Source: Podarcis erhardii (lineage: Eukaryota). Taken from it: 64,000 bases of DNA. Below the pieces are notes generated by a model, which had not been told where the DNA came from, searched no databases, and saw only the letters and a list, made by a program, of their open reading frames with translations. Made by a program: the position numbers and the translations under genes. The DNA lies in the NCBI GenBank assembly GCA_964252035.1, contig OZ176203.1, one strand, 5' to 3'. Below, one piece after another: positions 1 through 12,175 of this stretch; the stretch's first letter is position 1, and each line of letters begins with the position of its first letter.

Positions 1-1783
1 TAGGCAGCTGAAGGCAAAAGAATAAAATGAGACTGACAGGTTGGCGAAAGGGGAAGAATAAGCTGAGGTAAATCAGCGCACACTCACAGAGACACGCGGC
101 ACAAAATGGAATTCAAGGCTATAAATAAAAGCCCAGTATTATGTTGCCATAGAAACGAAATATGGAAGAACAAGGAGATGAAGAAAACAAGTAAGTGGAA
201 GGGACTTTGTGTCCCCCATGCCGGTGAGCACTTCAGATGGCCTTTTATGACTCCCCAGAGATGAAAATGCATGTGTGCGCGCGCGTGTGTCCTTCCTAGA
301 TTTGTTCTGGGTTTTCCATCGACACCAACGTGAGCTCCATGTTGGAAGAAAGGCAGGATATAAATCCGGAAACTGAGGGAAATCTGGAACCCACAAACCC
401 TGGCACCCACCACGCATGACAAGATATAGGATAACTAGTGGTTAGCTTCCAAAACGTTCAAGGCTCAAGCCTGCAAGGCAACGTGTGTCCAAATGATGTC
501 AAGCCCTTTTTGGGAGAGACAACAATTGAGGGAGAAACTCATTTGTGAAAAACTGCATGTGTGAATTTGGAATTGCTGTGAGGGATGTGGAGGAAAGATG
601 GTTAGCAGGGTGTGAATGGAGGAGATATTCAGAGAAGGGTGTTTTTTTAGCGAAAAACAAAAAGCGTATAAAATGAGAGTATGAAATAACATTCATTTTT
701 AAGTAAACATGCAAGGTGTCAAGGGGCCTCGGATAGGAAACCAGAAATACTACTGATCCTTGCACACCAACTCTTTCCCACGGTACTTCACCCCTTCACA
801 CAACGTTATTCTGGCCTTCAGATGAAATCTTTTTTGAAAAATGGCTTTAGAAAAAAAAGCACAATAAATGACTCTTGAGTGAAGCTAATGTTTGTTTGGG
901 CCCCAGATCAACTGTGCTTTATGAGAACCATGTGTTTGGAACAAACTTGAGAAAGATCAACTCAACTGTCTACTCAGCAAAGAAATTACCTCAGTAGGAG
1001 AGACACACCAGATGTCACTCATCTGAAATTTATCTTTGACCCCAGTCTTCAGCTGTGAGAAAATAAGACAAACTCAAGCGGCCTGGATTGAAGTGTATTA
1101 TCTCCCTGTTCCCTTCCAAGACAGCGGTTGCCTGACCCACTGACCCTCAAGATGTTATTGAACCACAAATCCCATCATCCCTGACCACTGGCGCTTCTGG
1201 CAGGGGCTGGTGCGAGTTGTTATTTGACAACATCTGGAGGGCCACAGGTTAGCAACTCCTGCTCTAAAACAATTTTTGTCCACCCTGTTCGCTTATTTCA
1301 TGGCTTTCCTCCAAGATCTCCAGGAGCGAAACCAGATTAGCTCACTTTATATTCGCAACTCTCTTTGAGGTGAAATTCTGGGCTAAATTACATGCAGTTT
1401 TGGAGTACTGTGTCAGGAGCTGCCACTGTAGTTCCTCTTTTTTTTGTAAAAGCAGCTGTGCCCCACACACAACAGCCCCTCCCCAATTTAGAGCGGGGTT
1501 GTAGCCACTTATAGATGTTTTAAAAGATGAAAATTTAAGCCACTCAAGGAGAACTACGTGTTACTTCAGGGTAGGGGTGGGGGTGGGGGAAGAAACTTAG
1601 TTTAGTAAGGGATTTTAGTGCAAACCTACCTAATTTGCCCTTTCCAACACATGAGAACTGTCCTTCGAAAATTGCACTTCTCCAAAATTTGTGATGCAAA
1701 GATGTTTACAAAAATGCACAGGAAAAATACATAATAAAAAATAACATATAAAATGCATTTGCAAATGCAAAAAAAATATTATT

Positions 1784-1786
<3 letters not shown>

Positions 1787-1820
<34 letters not shown>
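1787..1820. repeat. (TA)n microsatellite; an interrupted partner tract lies at 2306-2369
   Basis: Direct reading. Confidence 0.95.
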
Positions 1821-1822
<2 letters not shown>

Positions 1823-2307
1823 TTTCGTAGATTTTCACGGGTACAGGAATGCAGGTTTTGGTGTCCTCGGGTGTCTTCCCGTGTAAAAGTTGGGGTGTCT
1901 AGGCGACGTTTCGACGAGGTCTCACTCGTCATCTTCAGGCTGGTGCTTTCGGCTTCTTGTTACTGGAACAGAGCAGGATCTCAGTGTTTGAGTTCCTATA
2001 AATACTGTAGAGGGGGTGTGGTGTATAGCCTCCAATGTTCTGGGCAGAGAGGAAGTTCCCAGGCTAGAACAAAAGAAGAAAAGGCACACTAGCCTGGGAA
2101 CTTCCTCTCTGCCCAGAACATTGGAGGCTATACACCACACCCCCTCTACAGTATTTATAGGAACTCAAACACTGAGATCCTGCTCTGTTCCAGTAACAAG
2201 AAGCCGAAAGCACCAGCCTGAAGATGACGAGTGAGACCTCGTCGAAACGTCGCCTAGACACCCCAACTTTTACACGGGAAGACACCCGAGGACACCAAAA
2301 CCTGCAT
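1821..2307. mobile_element. Penelope-like-element-derived inverted repeat (arms 1849-2067 and 2089-2307) inserted in (TA)n
   Basis: Arms are exact reverse complements over 219 bp with a 21-bp spacer; each carries CTGAAGATGACGAG...CTCGTCGAAACGTC, typical of PLE terminal repeats; flanked by TA repeats on both sides. Confidence 0.75.
2211..2260 (+). ncRNA. Hammerhead ribozyme-like motif (mirror copy on the minus strand at about 1896-1945)
   Basis: CTGAAGA core 2218-2224, extra T, stem II GACGAG/CTCGTC with a 6-nt loop, GAAA 2244-2247, palindromic ACGT, then GTC cleavage triplet ending at 2251; stem I pairing is weak. Confidence 0.6.
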
Positions 2308-2332
2308 ATATATATATATATATACATACACC

Positions 2333-2373
<41 letters not shown>

Positions 2374-3122
2374 AGTGCTGTGTGTGTGCATGCAGTGTTT
2401 AAAACCTCAATAATATGCATAGTAGACAAGGTAGCACACAAAAATGTGTGTATACTAGGGGAAATTGGCACTAAAATTTTCATGAGTGCTTGGAAAAACC
2501 CACAATTTGATGCAGAAATTTGGAGAACTGAATGTAATAAATGAGAAACGCCCATGAACCGAAATGGACAGATGCATTCATTCATACTTCAGGGAAGAGT
2601 GGGGACCTTTCCACAGGAGATGTCAAAATCAACACAAAGGGGTTGCATAACTCTCCCTTCTCCACCCCCCAATGCTTCCCACAGCTGTTGTCTCCTCAGC
2701 TGAGCTGATTTCTGCTCTCAGGGTCTGTTGTGGGGGGACAGCCAAGGCGAAGAAGGAGTTGTGAGGAGGGGAAAGTGGCAACAGGCAGAGAAATTGTTAA
2801 GCACCCCACACCTGCTACTGCCCCTGGAACAGCTCCCCAACCGACCCCCACATCAATGGTATTCAGCAACCATGGGACCGGAAATGGTTGGTGTAATCTA
2901 TAGTTTATCCATGAATAGGTTTTGTGGCTGAAGTATAACATTAGAACCCCGGCCCCTTATCCACTACAAGGCCACAGTCACTCAGAGAAATCAGCCTGAT
3001 TGAAGGATAAGGCTGAGGCACTCTGTTAAATTTGGTTTTTCTCATTTTCTTATTTCTCCAGTCTTAAGGCAGGTGCATACCCTCCAACATATCTCCAATG
3101 AAAATAGGGATGTCCTATTCCA

Positions 3123-3300
3123 TAGTAGTAGTAGTAGTAGTAATTTTATTAGTTAGACCCCGTCCATCTGATTGGGTTGCCCCAGCCACTCTTGTCAGCT
3201 TCCAACATATATAAAAACATAACAAAACATTTTAAAGAAAACTTCCCTATACAGGCTGCCTTCAGATTTCTTGCAGAGTTGTCTAAAGGTTGCATAGTTA
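3123..3300 (-). mobile_element. L2 3' UTR fragment with (TAG)n-derived tail
   Basis: Similar to 47335-47470 (CCCCAGCCACTCT...AAAACTTCCCT...CCTTCAGAT). Confidence 0.65.
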
Positions 3301-4892
3301 TTTATCTCCTTGGCTCAGGGGGTTGCAAAACTCCATACACTCCAACATTTCTCCAATGAAAATAGGGACGTCCCAAGGAAAAGTGACGCTTTCCAGGATC
3401 CACTCAGAAACAGGGACGGCTGGAAGGGACGTTTGCAGGCGTAGGTAACCCTGAGGCCAGTCAGAAGTTGTTGGACTACAGCTCCCACTGTCTCTGACCG
3501 TGCTGACTGATGGGAGTTGTAGTCCACAGACTCCCCATCCATCAGGCTGAGGCCAGCACTTCTCAAACTATCTGAAGTGGCGGAATGACAGTTTCTTCTC
3601 CCATTGTGCCAGGGATCAGGACCAGATTTGGCCCCTGAAGCGTCACACCCAACATGGCTTGTGTTGGAGTTACTGGGAACCAGCAGCCAATGCCTCGCAG
3701 ACTGGCATCAATTGGTCCACGGTCCTCCACTTTTGAGTAGCACTGGTTTAGTTTAATACCTTAGCAAGTTTCTTGCTAAGGTATTAATACCTTAGCAAGC
3801 AATAATACCTTAGCAAGTTTCTGATATATTGCAGCTCTAATAGAACTTATGACCTGGGACATAGTTGAGCTCTTGCTGAGGTTATAGCAAAGAGCACTTC
3901 TCCCTCCCGCTACCCCGAGCTAATAAAAATGTGTGAGAAACTGCCAGAAGTCCCGGTTTTCTGCTCTTCTATAGGGATTTTGTTTCAGTGTCTCTTCCTC
4001 TGGCCTGTGCAAATAATGACAGGGGTCAGGATGGAAGCTCTCCGGGATTTGCTATTCAGAGCCAAAAGACCATGAGAAAGAGAGGCAGCCGGCATTCCAG
4101 AGGGAAAATGCACAATCCCTCTCGCTTTATAGCGAGTTTGAGAAAGTGCTATTCCTCTGGAATTTCCCAAACAGGACTCAAGCCAGCAGCCCAAGTGATG
4201 AATGGGAGGGTTGGGTTGCCAAAAGAGAGAGGGGTGGGGGTGGAGGAAAGAAGAGAGATGGAAAAAGCACCCAGAAGGCTGTTTTTCTTGAGGTTTTAAG
4301 TGTGTTATTAACCTTCTTCTCTCTTGGCCAAACAGTTTATGGTTGAGCAGTCGCAGAGAGCCATTTTCCCTTGCCTTAAATCTAAGCAGCTTTCCAGGGA
4401 AGATTCTATTGGAATCAGTGGGACTTATTTTTAAGCAGTAAGTGGAGGCAGAATGGGGCCCTGCTCTACCAGCCTCGGTCTGCTCTCAGCCAGCCCCCAC
4501 CCTACTTCCTTCCTTACAACCAGTCCAAGGGGGCAGCTGCAGGGTCCCTCGGCTAACTCTTCCTCCATTTCAATGTTTCCCCTTGCAGGGAGGAAGATGA
4601 GGACAAAACTAGAATTTGTTGGCTCTGCCTGTCATTGGCTCAGGCTTCAACTCTGGTTGTTCTCTGTGTCCTCCACCCCACTGGTGCCAGCCGGTCACCA
4701 GCTAAGACCACTTTAAGTAAGGGGAGACATGCTAGCATCTGATACCTGCCATGCACAGGATCCTGGTGACTTGTTCACAGAATGAGTGAATGGCTGAGTT
4801 CTTTTATCATCTTGAGTCTGATGAAGCGTTATGGAGAACTCAACACCTTGCAGGGTTTTTTTGTGATATTGTGCTGGCCTAATACAGGCATT

Positions 4893-5241
4893 AGGGACGC
4901 GGGTGGCACTGTGGGTTAAATCACAGAGCCTAGGACTTGCCGATGAGAAGGCCGACAGTTTGAATCCCCGCGATGGGGTGAGCTCCCGTTGCTCAGTCCC
5001 TGCTCCTGCCAACCAAGCAGTTCGAAAGCACGTCCAAGTGCAAGTAGATAAATAGGTACTGCTCCGGCGGGAAGGTAAACGGCGTTTCCGTGCGCTGCTC
5101 TGGTTCGCCAGAAGTGGCTTAGTCATGCTGGCCACATGACCTGGAAGCTGTACACCGGCTCCCGCAGCCAATAAAGCGAGATGAGCGCCGCAACCCGAGT
5201 CAGCCACAACTGGACCTAATGGTCAGGGGTCCCTTTACTTT
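4893..5241 (+). mobile_element. Sauria SINE, full length
   Basis: tRNA-like head GGGACGCGGGTGGC, BovB-like tail GGACCTAATGGTCAGGGGTCCCTTTAC; 13-bp TSD taatacaggcatt (4880-4892, 5242-5254). Confidence 0.92.
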
Positions 5242-6209
5242 TAATACAGGCATTGCTTTGATATGGATTTTATAATCCTTGGTCTCCCTCTTCCTCTGTA
5301 CATTCCCCATCCCCCAGTCACTGTATTCCATTACTTTTCCCTGCCCCACCCTGGTTTTCAGTTTGCTTGCTCTCTGCAGTCAGCTGGCATTCAATGGGAA
5401 ACATCGTTTAGCTGTTTTTGGGGCGTCTCCCCCGCTTAATTCCTCCTCCCTAAAGTTTTTTGTACTTCTGCAACATTTGGCTTACTTTGAGTCTGCTAAT
5501 ATCTCCTCCTTACTTGTACTTCTACATAAACTTTGGAATTAGAATATGGGATTTAAACCTGGGACCGTTGCCTCGCTCACAGCTCCTGTTTCAATGACTC
5601 TCTTCTCTACAAATACATAAGCTAGTGCTTGGCGTGTTACTTCTCTTCGGAGCAGCTTCAGACTGTTCTGATGGCTCTTCCACCTGCACATAGAGCCGGG
5701 GTAGAGAATTATGCAGTGTGTGAAGTAGCAGGGGACTTGCAATGTGGTTTGTAGGCAGTGAGGGAAGATTACGGGCTCTGCTGCTAAGCCGAGACCACCA
5801 CTTTTTTCTAACCCAGTGAAGCACAAAGTGGGAGCACACGGATTAGGAATGGAAAACATTGGAAAGAGAGGATTACAGTGCATTACATTAATTGCAATAG
5901 GAGCTTAGAGCTGGGCTTGCTGAAGACACTATTAAATAATGCACAAAAAGGATGCTGGAGTATCTGTCCAAAGTCCCACTGGAATACATATTGTAAGAAC
6001 AGCATTCGCATCCATTGCTGAGTTATTTTCTTCATCAAATTTTCCTCAATAGGGATTTTTAAAATCACGTTTTCCTATCTGGAGCAAAAAATACTTTCTC
6101 AGCTTCACATTAATGTTCCCAGAACAAGTTTCATGCACTAAAATGTGTAACAGGCTGAAGGAGGTCAGGGAAGCCCACGTGAATGAAGATACACTTATGA
6201 GATATACAT

Positions 6210-6236
6210 TATTATTTATTGTTTTTATTATTATTA

Positions 6237-6272
<36 letters not shown>
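6210..6272. repeat. (ATT)n microsatellite, probably a LINE tail
   Basis: Direct reading. Confidence 0.9.
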
Positions 6273-6983
6273 TATATATCGCCCTTCATCTGAAGATTCA
6301 CTGAATCCCCATCAGATTTCTTGGGGGATAGAGCAAGGCAGATTCTTTGCTGCTTAATATACCAAAATACTGAGCTATATACTGAAGATATAATACTGTT
6401 TATTATATCTTCTTCATATCAAGGCATTAGCCTATTATTAAATTAAAAACCTATTCCAAAATAGTTTCAAGCTGGTGTTTCAGCACTGGCTGCAAAGGAG
6501 GGGGCTTCCACTGACACCCATTATTTTTATCAACACTAATCTGATCACACCTAGTGATCCGTTAAAAAACTTAGCAGGTCTGCAATTCCACTGACGTGGC
6601 CGTTGCCAAGCCGTCAACACCACCTGCCATTAAAGGTAAGCGGACTTACATTGATGCTTTACCTAATCTGATCACATCTAGCACACATCTTAGCAGGTTT
6701 GGAATGCTTAAAGCACTTCAAGTATGCTATACTTTACAACATGGGCCAGCAACACGGCACCCATGGGTGCACACGTAGCCAGAGGTCTTTGCTGCCCCCC
6801 CCAGCAATTAGGCATGAAAAAAGGCCTCCAATTGGTTTCAATTATTTGGGGATGATGGGCAATGCACAACACCTGGAGAGCCAGAGGTCAGCCACCTTGC
6901 CTAAGGCGGGTGTGCGGCCTCATCCAGAACAGGTAAGCTGCTATTGCAGGTTGAATATAAGACACAGCCCTTAGAGCGAAGGT

Positions 6984-6989
6984 TTTATT
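6984..6989 (-). terminator. Candidate CWC15 polyadenylation signal AATAAA
   Basis: tttatt on plus strand, about 275 nt past the CWC15 stop within an AT-rich UTR. Confidence 0.65.
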
Positions 6990-7262
6990 GTACACCATTT
7001 TCAAAACATTTACAGAAAGTAATTTCATAGCAACAAAATGAAACATTTCTGGGAAATTAGCTGCCCGAGCTAAAACAAAGTAAACAAGGAAGTATTCCAG
7101 AGACAGGGTCATTTTATGTTAAAAGGGTAGTGGCGACCTTGGAGAACTGCTACTCGTTGCCAGATTTTCACGGTAACCACGTTTTTCAGAAGGAAGGAAA
7201 AGGCTTGCTCCATTTAGTCCATCAGTGACATAGCATATTCAAAATGAAAAAAAGGAAAAGTA

Positions 7263-7392
7263 CTACTTGATGTATTTCTCCATGAACTTTTTGTGAAATT
7301 CAGACCGCAGCGTGTCATTGACGAATCTTTTGTCCTTTTTCATCTCATCGACTCCCTTCGCACAGTTCTTGAAGACCACGTCATCGTCCCAT
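7263..7392 (-). CDS. CWC15: CWC15 last coding exon ([42 protein letters not shown])
   Basis: Manual translation gives the conserved CWC15 C-terminus; acceptor tttag, TAG stop at 7265-7263; 130 nt; phase fits the previous exon. Confidence 0.97.
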
Positions 7393-7936
7393 CTAAATAC
7401 AGGAAGAAGCAAAATATGTTAACCATAAAAATTAAAGAGAAAATGTGTGACATCACAACAAGACAAAAGGTAAGGAGCATTAATCCATGCTATAGTGCAA
7501 TATCCACCAGCCGCAGCCAGCAGGGCCAGTGATTTGTGGGGCTGTGCACCGGACATTATATATCTAGGCTGATTTTTATTCACATGAATCACAAAGTGGC
7601 TTGCAAACAATAAATAACAACATAATAGAACATCACAAATCATATAGATCAATTAACAAATCATCAGTAAAACCATTACAATTCATAAAACACTATTAAA
7701 ACAAATGAGGAAAACAGCACAATTGCAAAAAAAATCACATTATAGGATTCACAAAGTACTACAGCATTCATAATCTCTAAGACAATATTAACAACGTTTA
7801 CAAAACAGCAACCAAAAAATAAACTTAAGCATACAATTAACATTCATTTAAAATATTCTGGAAGTGTGAAATTGTAGAGAAGTTGGGAACAAATAATTTA
7901 GGTGGCCATTCTTATGTAAAGCAAGCACCTCCATAC

Positions 7937-8055
7937 CTCCTCTTCACTTTGAAGTTTGCCTGAGGCTGAACTGGACCAGTGAGGTTCAACAAAGGGTTCC
8001 CACTCAGGATGTTCTCCATCCGTATCCTCTCCTCTTCAGCTTTCTGCTCTAGTTC
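7937..8055 (-). CDS. CWC15: CWC15 coding exon 5 ([40 protein letters not shown])
   Basis: ttgccag acceptor, AG|GTATGG donor, 119 nt; translation matches recalled CWC15. Confidence 0.97.
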
Positions 8056-8389
8056 CTGGCAAGGTGAGAAAAAGATGGTCCGTGAGCTATAACATAGACC
8101 CTATTTTCTGTTCCACTTGATTTTGAGGAAGCTGGGGACTTGGCCACATAAAACTCCCAACCATCTTGTCCATTCTATTTAGGTTTCTCTTTTCTGTTTT
8201 TCTTTCTTGCAGTACCAGGTTTTAAATTAAAGGCAGCTGTCACCATTACAGTGCTGAAAACAAACACACGGCAAATATTGGCTCGGTGTGCAGCAAGAAA
8301 CTGCTCTGGGGTTTTGGCTTTATGTATCCCCCTGAGCGTTGAACAACAAAGTCAAAACAACGGAGGACTGATCTTCAGATTTCCCAACA

Positions 8390-8505
8390 GCAGGGATGGT
8401 TATCTCTTGATATGAATTCTCTAGGAAGGACAGGGAAGGCTGTAATGGAGGTGGTATCACTCTGTACATCAAAGAGGGCATTGAGTCCAGAAAGCTAGAA
8501 ATCTC
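8390..8505 (+). mobile_element. CR1 endonuclease-domain fragment in CWC15 intron
   Basis: Translates to RKDREGCNGGGITLYIKEG, resembling the CR1 RKDR..RGGGVALY motif. Confidence 0.6.
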
Positions 8506-9696
8506 TCACCCACAAGCCTGGTTTGTTTGTCTGTATGGAAACCTGTGCATCTTCCTACATGCGGTTCCTTGTTGCCCATGGCGACCAAGCCAGGGCTTAA
8601 ATATATATGGCAGATCTTCTGCATTAACAGATTCAGGACCAGCAGAACATTCTACAGGGGCCACATGCAGAAGGGTACCACGTTCAACTCCTACTTAAAA
8701 GAATATTGGAGAGCAATGTTTAAGGCAGCTTGAAACACTGAAAGGGATAACTAGAGCTGGCAAGGGAAACAGAACGATTAATGCGATAATGAAAACCAAA
8801 AGGCAGCCGCATAGGGTTCTCCATCTTAAACAGCTTCTGCTGGCCTCTAGTGGCATCAAAGAGTCATTTCGGGAAACTGTTTTCTGTAGCATTTGTATAC
8901 AGTGGGGGTGGAAAACTGGATCCTGACATCCCCCAGCCCCCACGGGGCACTTGGGAAGGTGGGTGGGAGCTGCCCATCTGTCAATCACCTGGCGTCACCA
9001 TGACATCAGGTGAAGAGTTTTCCTTTCATTCCTTGGCTTGAATTAAAGCCAGTTTGCAAAGGAACAAAACATTCCTTCTGCCAATATGGTTTAAACTGCA
9101 CAAAGAAAGGAAGTGTTTCCCTGCAGGGCTTGCTGCAAGAACAGAGCAAGACCTGCTTTGCGGAAGGATCAGCTATAGTATGGAGCCCCTAGTTGCCACA
9201 AGCCAGGCTTGGCAAGAAACAACAGAATGTTCACTCTATGGCTTCCAATCCATTTGGCCTGAGGGCTGGAGGTTCTCCCCTGAAGCTACACGGCAGCACC
9301 ATTCTGCTCTGATGTAAAGTAACCAGGGCTAAGACTTCACTTTGGAGATCAGTGGATTACCCCAAAAGGGGACAGGGGTCGTTAAAACTATTTCTGACAT
9401 AACAAAATCACATACAGCGTGTGTCCATTAATGTTGTTTGTTGCTTGAGAGGCTAATTGCTTTGAAGTCTTCAGGCAGGGATTTAACACACACACACTTT
9501 GAAAGCTATTTATACAAGTCATTAGCAGCGTAATGGCCGCAGAAACACCTGGCTTGCAGAAAGCTCCAGATTAAGTCCCTACATTGTGTCTGCTTCAAAG
9601 GATTCAGGCATTGGAGCTAGCAGAGACCTCTACAGGTTAAATGGGCCAATGGCCTGCCTATGGCAGCTTTTATAATAAGAATTAAAAGATGCTTAC

Positions 9697-9807
9697 CTTT
9701 CGGGCCTGCTCCTCAGCCCGCTCTTTCTTGATCTTTTCTAGCTCAGCTAAAAGAGCAGCTGTGTCATCGTCACTCTCTTCGTCATAGTCCTCATCTTCAT
9801 CCTCCTC
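9697..9807 (-). CDS. CWC15: CWC15 coding exon 4, acidic ([37 protein letters not shown])
   Basis: ctgtag acceptor, AAG|GTAAGC donor, 111 nt in frame. Confidence 0.97.
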
Positions 9808-10944
9808 CTACAGATGCAGCAAAGTTTTAGCAAACACTGTCCCATCTCCTACCCACTGTGGAAACTTAGGCAGAACTTTATGCATAGCGTTACAGACGAC
9901 ATCCTATTTCCAACACAACAGATCAGGTGAACCTCCACATGAATGTCCTACACAGACATTTTTGCACTCTGCAATTTTTGAAGGCCCATGTGATGTGCCA
10001 ATATACTGCCATGTGCACTGCGTGCAAGGTTTTAAGTTTAAGCACACCAACCTCAGTGCTTCAAGCTTGGCCTGTGTTGCCTAAGCTTACTAGCCAATCT
10101 CAGTATGACAAAATGCTCCATCAAAACAATTTGGGTTCAGCGCATCTTGTCAGTTTCCTCAAAATTGACAGTATAAAAATCATCCTTTCTTCTCTACATC
10201 CATATGACCGTACCATTTTAAAATGAAGTGACTGTTCCTCTAAAATTCAGGCCTGCGCCAGGCACAACCCACTGCACAGTGTGTGGCCCATCAGTTAAGT
10301 ACTGTGGGCAAAACAGGTGCCTGACAGTCCATATATCATAGAATTCCACAGTCCTAGACAGGCAGACAGGTCAGAAGACATATGGAGCCCCAGGTGGCTT
10401 GCAATGCACAGCTGCCGGGCTGTGTTTGCCATAGCTGATCGCAAGTTGTACATGCCTACCCCAAAGAGGGCCTGCAGCTGGCGTGGGGAACCTGTGGCCC
10501 TCAGATGTCATTGGGCTCCAACTCCTATTAGCCCCAGCCAGCATGGCCAGTGGACAAGGCTGACACAAGCTGCATCTAATTCTGATAGCAGGGTTCTTCT
10601 GCTGATTGAAAGCACCTTGAGCCACTTTTGGCTTCCATCAATAGATCAGGGATGTGATTTTCACCAACTCCCCCTTCCCACTCTATCTGCACCAGGGGCT
10701 CGGGGAAAATCAACAAAAATCACCTTCCTCCCTGTTCTGCTGATGGAAACCTCTGTCAAAGCAAAAAAGAATGCAACCAGCCACCCAATGTAGCTGAGTG
10801 GAAATATTAAAGTGGCAAAAACTTGTTTTCACCTCTTTTGATGAGGTTTTTGTTGGTGTCCCAACAAGAACCTCACTACTGATTTGTAAAGCATCTGTTT
10901 TTCTGTCCAGCAAATACTGTTTCCCAACATCCAAGAATACATAC

Positions 10945-11033
10945 GTCAGTCAAAGGATCATCTGCATCCAGGTTAGCTGCAGGGATCTGATCTAGCCGGG
11001 GTTTCTTAGACACAGAAGAGGACGTTGTGTGCT
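10945..11033 (-). CDS. CWC15: CWC15 coding exon 3 ([30 protein letters not shown])
   Basis: Within ORF 10876..11106; ccccag acceptor, GAC|GTATGT donor, 89 nt. Confidence 0.97.
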
Positions 11034-11436
11034 CTGGGGGGCAAATGCAGGAAAAACCGTAAGCACTCGGTGACCAGCAGCAATAAAATAAAAGCGACCG
11101 AAACATAGAGAATCACCAACACTGAGCTTACTACAAACCCAAGTGCAAAAATAAAATAGAATTGCTAGAAACATATGAATCTTTTGCCAACACAAACCAG
11201 TGTTAAGTCATTTGTTGCATGTACAACCCTTCCTGGCATCATCTCACTCTCGGATCAAACGCCTTCAGATGTCTGGGGAAACCCACATTAAGGAGACAGA
11301 CTTGGCTTGATCCTTGCTTTTTGGAAGAAGGTCTCAAAAGCCGAGGAGGGTATAATACTTCTCCCTTCTACTGCTTTGTTTTGCAATTCGCTCTCAGCTG
11401 GTTTCTCCTATTAAGCTCATGGTACCCATAACATTA

Positions 11437-11765
11437 GGGATGCGGGTGGCGCTGTGGGTTAAACCACCGAGCCTAGGACTTGCTGATCGGCTGGTCGGCG
11501 GTTTGAATCCCCGTGACGGGGTGAGCTCCCGTTGCTCGGTCCCTGCTCCTGCCAACCTAGCAGTTCGAAAGCACATCAAAGTGCAAGTCCAGTGGGAAGG
11601 TAAACGGCGTTTCCGTGCGCTGCTCTGGTTCGCCAGAAGTGGCTTAGTCATGCTGGCCACATGATCCAGCTGTACGACGGCTCCCTCAGCCAATAAAGCG
11701 AGATGAGCGCCGCAACCCCAGAGTCGGTCACGACTGGACCTAATGATCAGGGGTCCCTTTACCCT
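11437..11765 (+). mobile_element. Sauria SINE in CWC15 intron
   Basis: Homologous to the 4893 copy with a short internal deletion; TSD taacatta (11429-11436, 11766-11773). Confidence 0.92.
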
Positions 11766-12175
11766 TAACATTACCCCATCTGAGGAGCAAATTTGCCAGG
11801 CAGGGATCTATGTGGTGAGGGGATCTCTCCTGATCTTCCAATACTTGCACTTTTAAAAATGGGTTTGATGCAGGTTTTAACGATGTGAACTGCTTTCAGG
11901 CTTTCCTCATAATAAGAATTATAATATATTTTCATTTGAAATTTTAAAATATTTTAGAATTTTTTTAAAAAAATTTAAAATATTTTAAAAATAATATTAT
12001 TGCCCACATACAATTCCTTGCTGCCTATGGGTACCCAGTAAGTGCTTAAATGCTTAATTCTACTGGGATTAACTTTTGTTGAATGACCTGGAGCTGTCCT
12101 TGAGACACAACGTGATTCCCAAGCAGCCTGACCACCCCTCTGAAAGGGAAAATAATCTGCCAAAACAACACAGAC

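Noticed and set aside
1-900. Possible 3' UTR end of AMOTL1, expected upstream by synteny
   Set aside because: No coding exon in the window, and AATAAA-like hexamers alone are insufficient.
1630-2585. Near-identical ORFs on opposite strands
   Set aside because: Direct consequence of the inverted repeat and TA microsatellites.
3755-3817. CRISPR-like array
   Set aside because: Eukaryotic DNA; repeats abut with no unique spacers and no cas genes.
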